Both the position numbers and the translations under genes were made by a program. A stretch of DNA of 64,000 bases from Bacterioplanoides pacificum (lineage in GTDB: Bacteria > Pseudomonadota > Gammaproteobacteria > Pseudomonadales > Oceanobacteraceae): the NCBI RefSeq assembly GCF_042648445.1, contig NZ_JBHRYB010000001.1, forward strand, positions 626,711-690,710, written 5' to 3'. This document shows positions 60,665 to 64,000 of the stretch, piece after piece. How positions within the stretch are numbered: the stretch's first letter is position 1; each line of letters begins with the position of its first letter. The notes under the pieces were generated by a model, which saw only the letters and a program-made list of their open reading frames with translations, was not told where the DNA came from and made no database searches.

Positions 60665-61271
60665 AGGTGATAATGGAGATGAATTAAGCGAATGGATGTC
60701 TCATTATATCGCCGAAAAAATTCTGGAACTAGAAGTGGCTACTGGTGAAGAGAAAAGATCTTTACAAAAATATTGCTTTGAAGCGATATTGCTACTATGG
60801 AGTCATCAGGCCTATTTCCCTAGTGGATCTAGACCATTTGAAAACTTTGAACCAGTATTCCGAGCTCTTGATCATATAGACCCAGATAGGCCAGGGTATT
60901 CTTATATCAACGAACAACCGGAGGCAAATTCTGATGTCCCTAAAGATATAGACCTATACGTCAAATATATTGTCAATCTTGATGCTACAACAAGAGTGCT
61001 GCTTTCATACTTTGTAGAGCTAGCCATAAGTTCTGCAGCTGACCAGAGCACAAAAGATTGGATTAATAGTCTAGGTGTGGAGACTAGATCAGAGGTACCT
61101 AAAGTTCTTTTGAGTTTTTATAGGGACAGACGTGAGAAATCGGATAAAGACATAGTTGAAGAAAAGATTGAAAAATTGTCTGATCAAATTCGAAAAATCG
61201 ACGCTTTTGTAGATGTTAGCAAAGATATTAGATTAGAATTAGCCAGAAAGATCGAAAATCTGAAAGGCTAA
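60549..61271 (+). CDS. hypothetical helical protein overlapping the 3' end of the giant gene (possible frameshifted C-terminal extension)
   Basis: 240-aa ORF in the +1 frame, starting at ATG 60549 (or 60600). A C6 tract at 60564-60569 sits at the frame junction. Confidence 0.35.
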   Translation: MILDISPHIEKFLSSPEMECSKTQARLLGLGNKLAKNFEGDNGDELSEWMSHYIAEKILELEVATGEEKRSLQKYCFEAILLLWSHQAYFPSGSRPFENFEPVFRALDHIDPDRPGYSYINEQPEANSDVPKDIDLYVKYIVNLDATTRVLLSYFVELAISSAADQSTKDWINSLGVETRSEVPKVLLSFYRDRREKSDKDIVEEKIEKLSDQIRKIDAFVDVSKDIRLELARKIENLKG

Positions 61272-61928
61272 ACTCCACATAATAATTACTAATATAATAG
61301 ATTTCTAGATAGAAATATGAGCAAATAATTACACTCATGGTGACTTCAGGTTATATCCTATGCAGAGATTTATATTACATTCAAGGTTAGTATTTGAATG
61401 ACATGGATTATGAAAATCTATTTCCTTCGATCGCTTTCAGGTTTATTTTGGTTTTCGACTTTCCAAAATTCGACTCGGATTTAAAGAAATGTCGAGTCAA
61501 AGGTCCTTGGGAAAATTTCAATTGATATATTAGTTAAAGCTAATGATTGAGCTTATGAAAAATGTCTAAATCAAGCGGTGGAGGAGGTGGACGAGGCCCA
61601 TCTTCTCATCCTGGCCAGGTGGTAACTGGCCTAGTATAACAGGGAACCCATCTGGCGGAGGGCGAGATAACTCTCCGTTTAAGTAGTTAACTCGCGGCCA
61701 GGCCAGCCGGGCTTCTCCATTCGGAGTGCCTCAGGAAAATAACTATCTAATCAGGTCACCAGCCAGTACGAAAATTTAGGGTGCGGAATTCACATTTCCG
61801 CCGACAGAAAAAATGCTGCCGTTTTCGGCACTTTAAGAAAAATTTGTATTTTTTCCAAATATTTCTATTGCGGTGGATTTGTATCAGGTGATATTGATTA
61901 GGAGTCATTTTTCGTAGAGTAATTATTA

Positions 61929-62489
61929 ATGAGTAAATCCAAATTTAGAACAATTTATGAGAGGGCAATATTTTATATTCAGTATGGCCGATATCCAAAA
62001 ATCTCTACCCTGCTATCAGACTGGAAAAAATCTCCTGATGCGCATTTTCATGGGTACTTTAAAAACTCATTAAAATGGAGCAGTAGGGGGAGTTATGGAT
62101 ATGATATGAGTAATATTAGGTGCCAATATCCATTCGACGGAGTTGGTATTATCATCGGCCATGTCGAGAATGTAACAATGTCTAGGGCCGGAGTTGCGAC
62201 AATAGGGCATTTTGCCGTTGCCTCAAATAATCGTTACGACCTGACAAACAATGTCGAGTATCGTGTGGGTAGGAGTCTAATTCTAGATTTGTTAGATTTT
62301 ATGAGGGATCACAATGCAATTCAGGTTCGTTTTTTAGAGAGTCATAGCAAAAAAATCATGAATTACCGGAAATTTTTCGAGAAAAATGGTATTGCAGAAA
62401 CCGAAAAAGGGTGCTGGACAGTTGATTTATATCCTGATGGTATTATTCCTCATCAGGTTAAAGAATTTTTGCGTATACAATGCGACTGA
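61929..62489 (+). CDS. hypothetical protein (186 aa, low GC)
   Basis: ORF with AT-rich codon usage matching the island. No motif recognised. Confidence 0.4.
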   Translation: MSKSKFRTIYERAIFYIQYGRYPKISTLLSDWKKSPDAHFHGYFKNSLKWSSRGSYGYDMSNIRCQYPFDGVGIIIGHVENVTMSRAGVATIGHFAVASNNRYDLTNNVEYRVGRSLILDLLDFMRDHNAIQVRFLESHSKKIMNYRKFFEKNGIAETEKGCWTVDLYPDGIIPHQVKEFLRIQCD

Positions 62490-63928
62490 TCTCAAGTGCG
62501 GTAGGAGTTACACCTACCGCTATTCACTCGCAACCTACGGAGGTATCGCTCTAGCTCGTTAACTCTCCCATCCTACTCAGCCATCAAAAAGATTTTTTAA
62601 CTAGGTCGCCGAGTGAAGTGTATTCATCAATAGCATAAATTTGCCACTGTATACCAACGAATGTGGGTGGCAGTACTTGTAATAGCTGGGACCGTCCAAT
62701 ATACCGCCGTATACGTCCGGATGAGTCGATGGAATCACTCTCTATCCGGTCAAAAATATTTTGGAAGTAGCAGCCCTAGGTATCGTCAATCTGGCAAATC
62801 CATAGTGGTATCCTGATCTTCTCTAGTATATAGAAGGGAGAGTGCGGAAAAGCTTTGCTTCTGTGCTACAGGAATTGGGGGATATTGGTAGGCTAGGCGG
62901 TGAATAGTTCGCTCTGTTGTTACTCAATTACGATGATGAAGGAGGTGAAGTACATGCAAGGCGAAGACTGTTAAATCTTAGAAGTCTTCTATTTCCAGGC
63001 CTCCTTAGTATCAAAAATGTGACGGCGAGCATCAGTATTGCTACTCGCCACTTGGACTTAAGAGTCGATCGTTCACGCTGATAAGGCAATGCACAGGGTC
63101 GAAAGAAGCTATAGAAACGGCTGCCTACACTGAATAGCTTAGCATTTAGCCCTTCTGGCGGGTTACACCGCCCGTTATCAAATATCTTCTCCATTAATTG
63201 AGTGTGCGAATATTCTGATACTGATTTGTAGATGTTAGGGCAGCAGAAATTTTTGATAACCATACATATTGCTTCGATGAAGTGATCTTTCTTAGCTCTG
63301 GTGCTTAGGTTGTCTATAGCTTCTGGCGTGAGCTATGAGGAGGAAGCAGCCCTCGCAATTAGATAGTGTTTTTTGAATCTTTAGACATGGAACCTTTCTC
63401 GAAATTGAATGCCTCTTGATACTTCTGGAGCCAGGCTATAAATGTTATCAGTCTACCCAAAATTATAAAACCAATGCTGTCTAAAACTTATAAAAAATAA
63501 TAAAGTTTAAAGATTGCCTACGATTTTCTACTTTGATTTTTGAAAAAAGTAAATTTTCAAAGGTGATTTTACATAAATACTTAATCTTTTACGAAGTTGA
63601 TGATTTTCTAGGGCGAACGTGAAAAAAGATTAGTTATCGAATAAATACAGTATTTCGTTAAATACTCTTAGCCTTAAGGGAGAATACGTATTGCTTTTTA
63701 TATTTTTTTTAGCGGATTTCCTGGATGAGGTGGTTTGAAATGCAGCCGGATATACGTTAGAGTTTTTAATGGCTTTGCAAGGGGGTGCCTCCCGAGCTTA
63801 TGCGACGAGATCTAAGGGGTATCTCTTCAGCTACCCTGGAAATCTTAGGCACAGGAAACGCCTGCTTTAAAGCAGGTGTTTCTCTTCTTGGTCAGCTTGA
63901 TAAGTTTCTGAGGTATATGAGGTTTCTT

Positions 63929-64000
63929 ATGGCGAAATATATCGTTTACGTGGATATGGACCATACCTTATGTGACTACGACGAAGGATTTGGGCGCCAT
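63929..64000 (+). CDS. 5'(3')-deoxyribonucleotidase-like HAD protein, N-terminal fragment (continues beyond window)
   Basis: MAKYIVYVDMDHTLCDYDEGF matches the NT5C-type HAD motif I (hhhhDMDGVLADF). Confidence 0.35.
   Translation, partial: MAKYIVYVDMDHTLCDYDEGFGRH

Noticed and set aside
62928-63263. 111-aa minus-strand ORF in the AT-rich tail.
   Set aside because: No RBS, odd composition, and lies in a region without other coding signal.

Overview
The window reads as a gammaproteobacterial chromosome; gene order resembles E. coli/Pseudomonas and GC is roughly 55 % in the core. A conserved core block runs from 1 to about 39.4 kb: ruvCAB, ybgC-tolQRAB-pal-cpoB, two tRNA-Lys(UUU), nadA, bepA-like, a TusA-like gene, perM-like, dapA-bamC, an MBL hydrolase, purC, an outer-membrane protein, rnb, a broken phoD-like gene, a methyltransferase/MBL pair, msrA, tatD, Yip1, pitA, rlmF, tauE, and a LEA2 lipoprotein. 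That core block ends with a membrane-stress/raft cluster of yjfI-like, pspA-like, nfeD/yqiJ-like and flotillin yqiK-like genes, followed by a 1815-aa coiled-coil AAA+ giant protein and a translationally coupled rhomboid protease. From about 39.4 kb to the end the sequence is clearly accessory and partly AT-rich. First comes a P4-type integrative element (about 39.43-53.10 kb) flanked by imperfect GGGGG-TATTGG direct repeats. It carries int, alpA, small phage-like genes, iteron-like repeats, a complete type I R-M (hsdRMS), a DUF4145/HEPN-like membrane protein, a PD-(D/E)xK-EVE fusion (candidate type IV restriction enzyme) and an unknown 340-aa gene. A second low-GC module (about 53.3 kb onward) holds a eukaryote-type PLAAT/LRAT-like membrane acyltransferase divergent from a membrane-anchored XRE regulator. 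That regulator is followed by a 2110-aa STAND NTPase with an N-terminal Cap4-like (D...QxK) nuclease domain, which is Avs-like, then an overlapping 240-aa ORF at a C6 tract and other unknowns. The most interesting candidates are this PLAAT-like + XRE + giant STAND locus, the HEPN-membrane/PD-(D/E)xK-EVE pair next to the type I R-M, and the flotillin-associated giant ATPase. All calls rest on reading motifs and translations by eye; no database searches were run.
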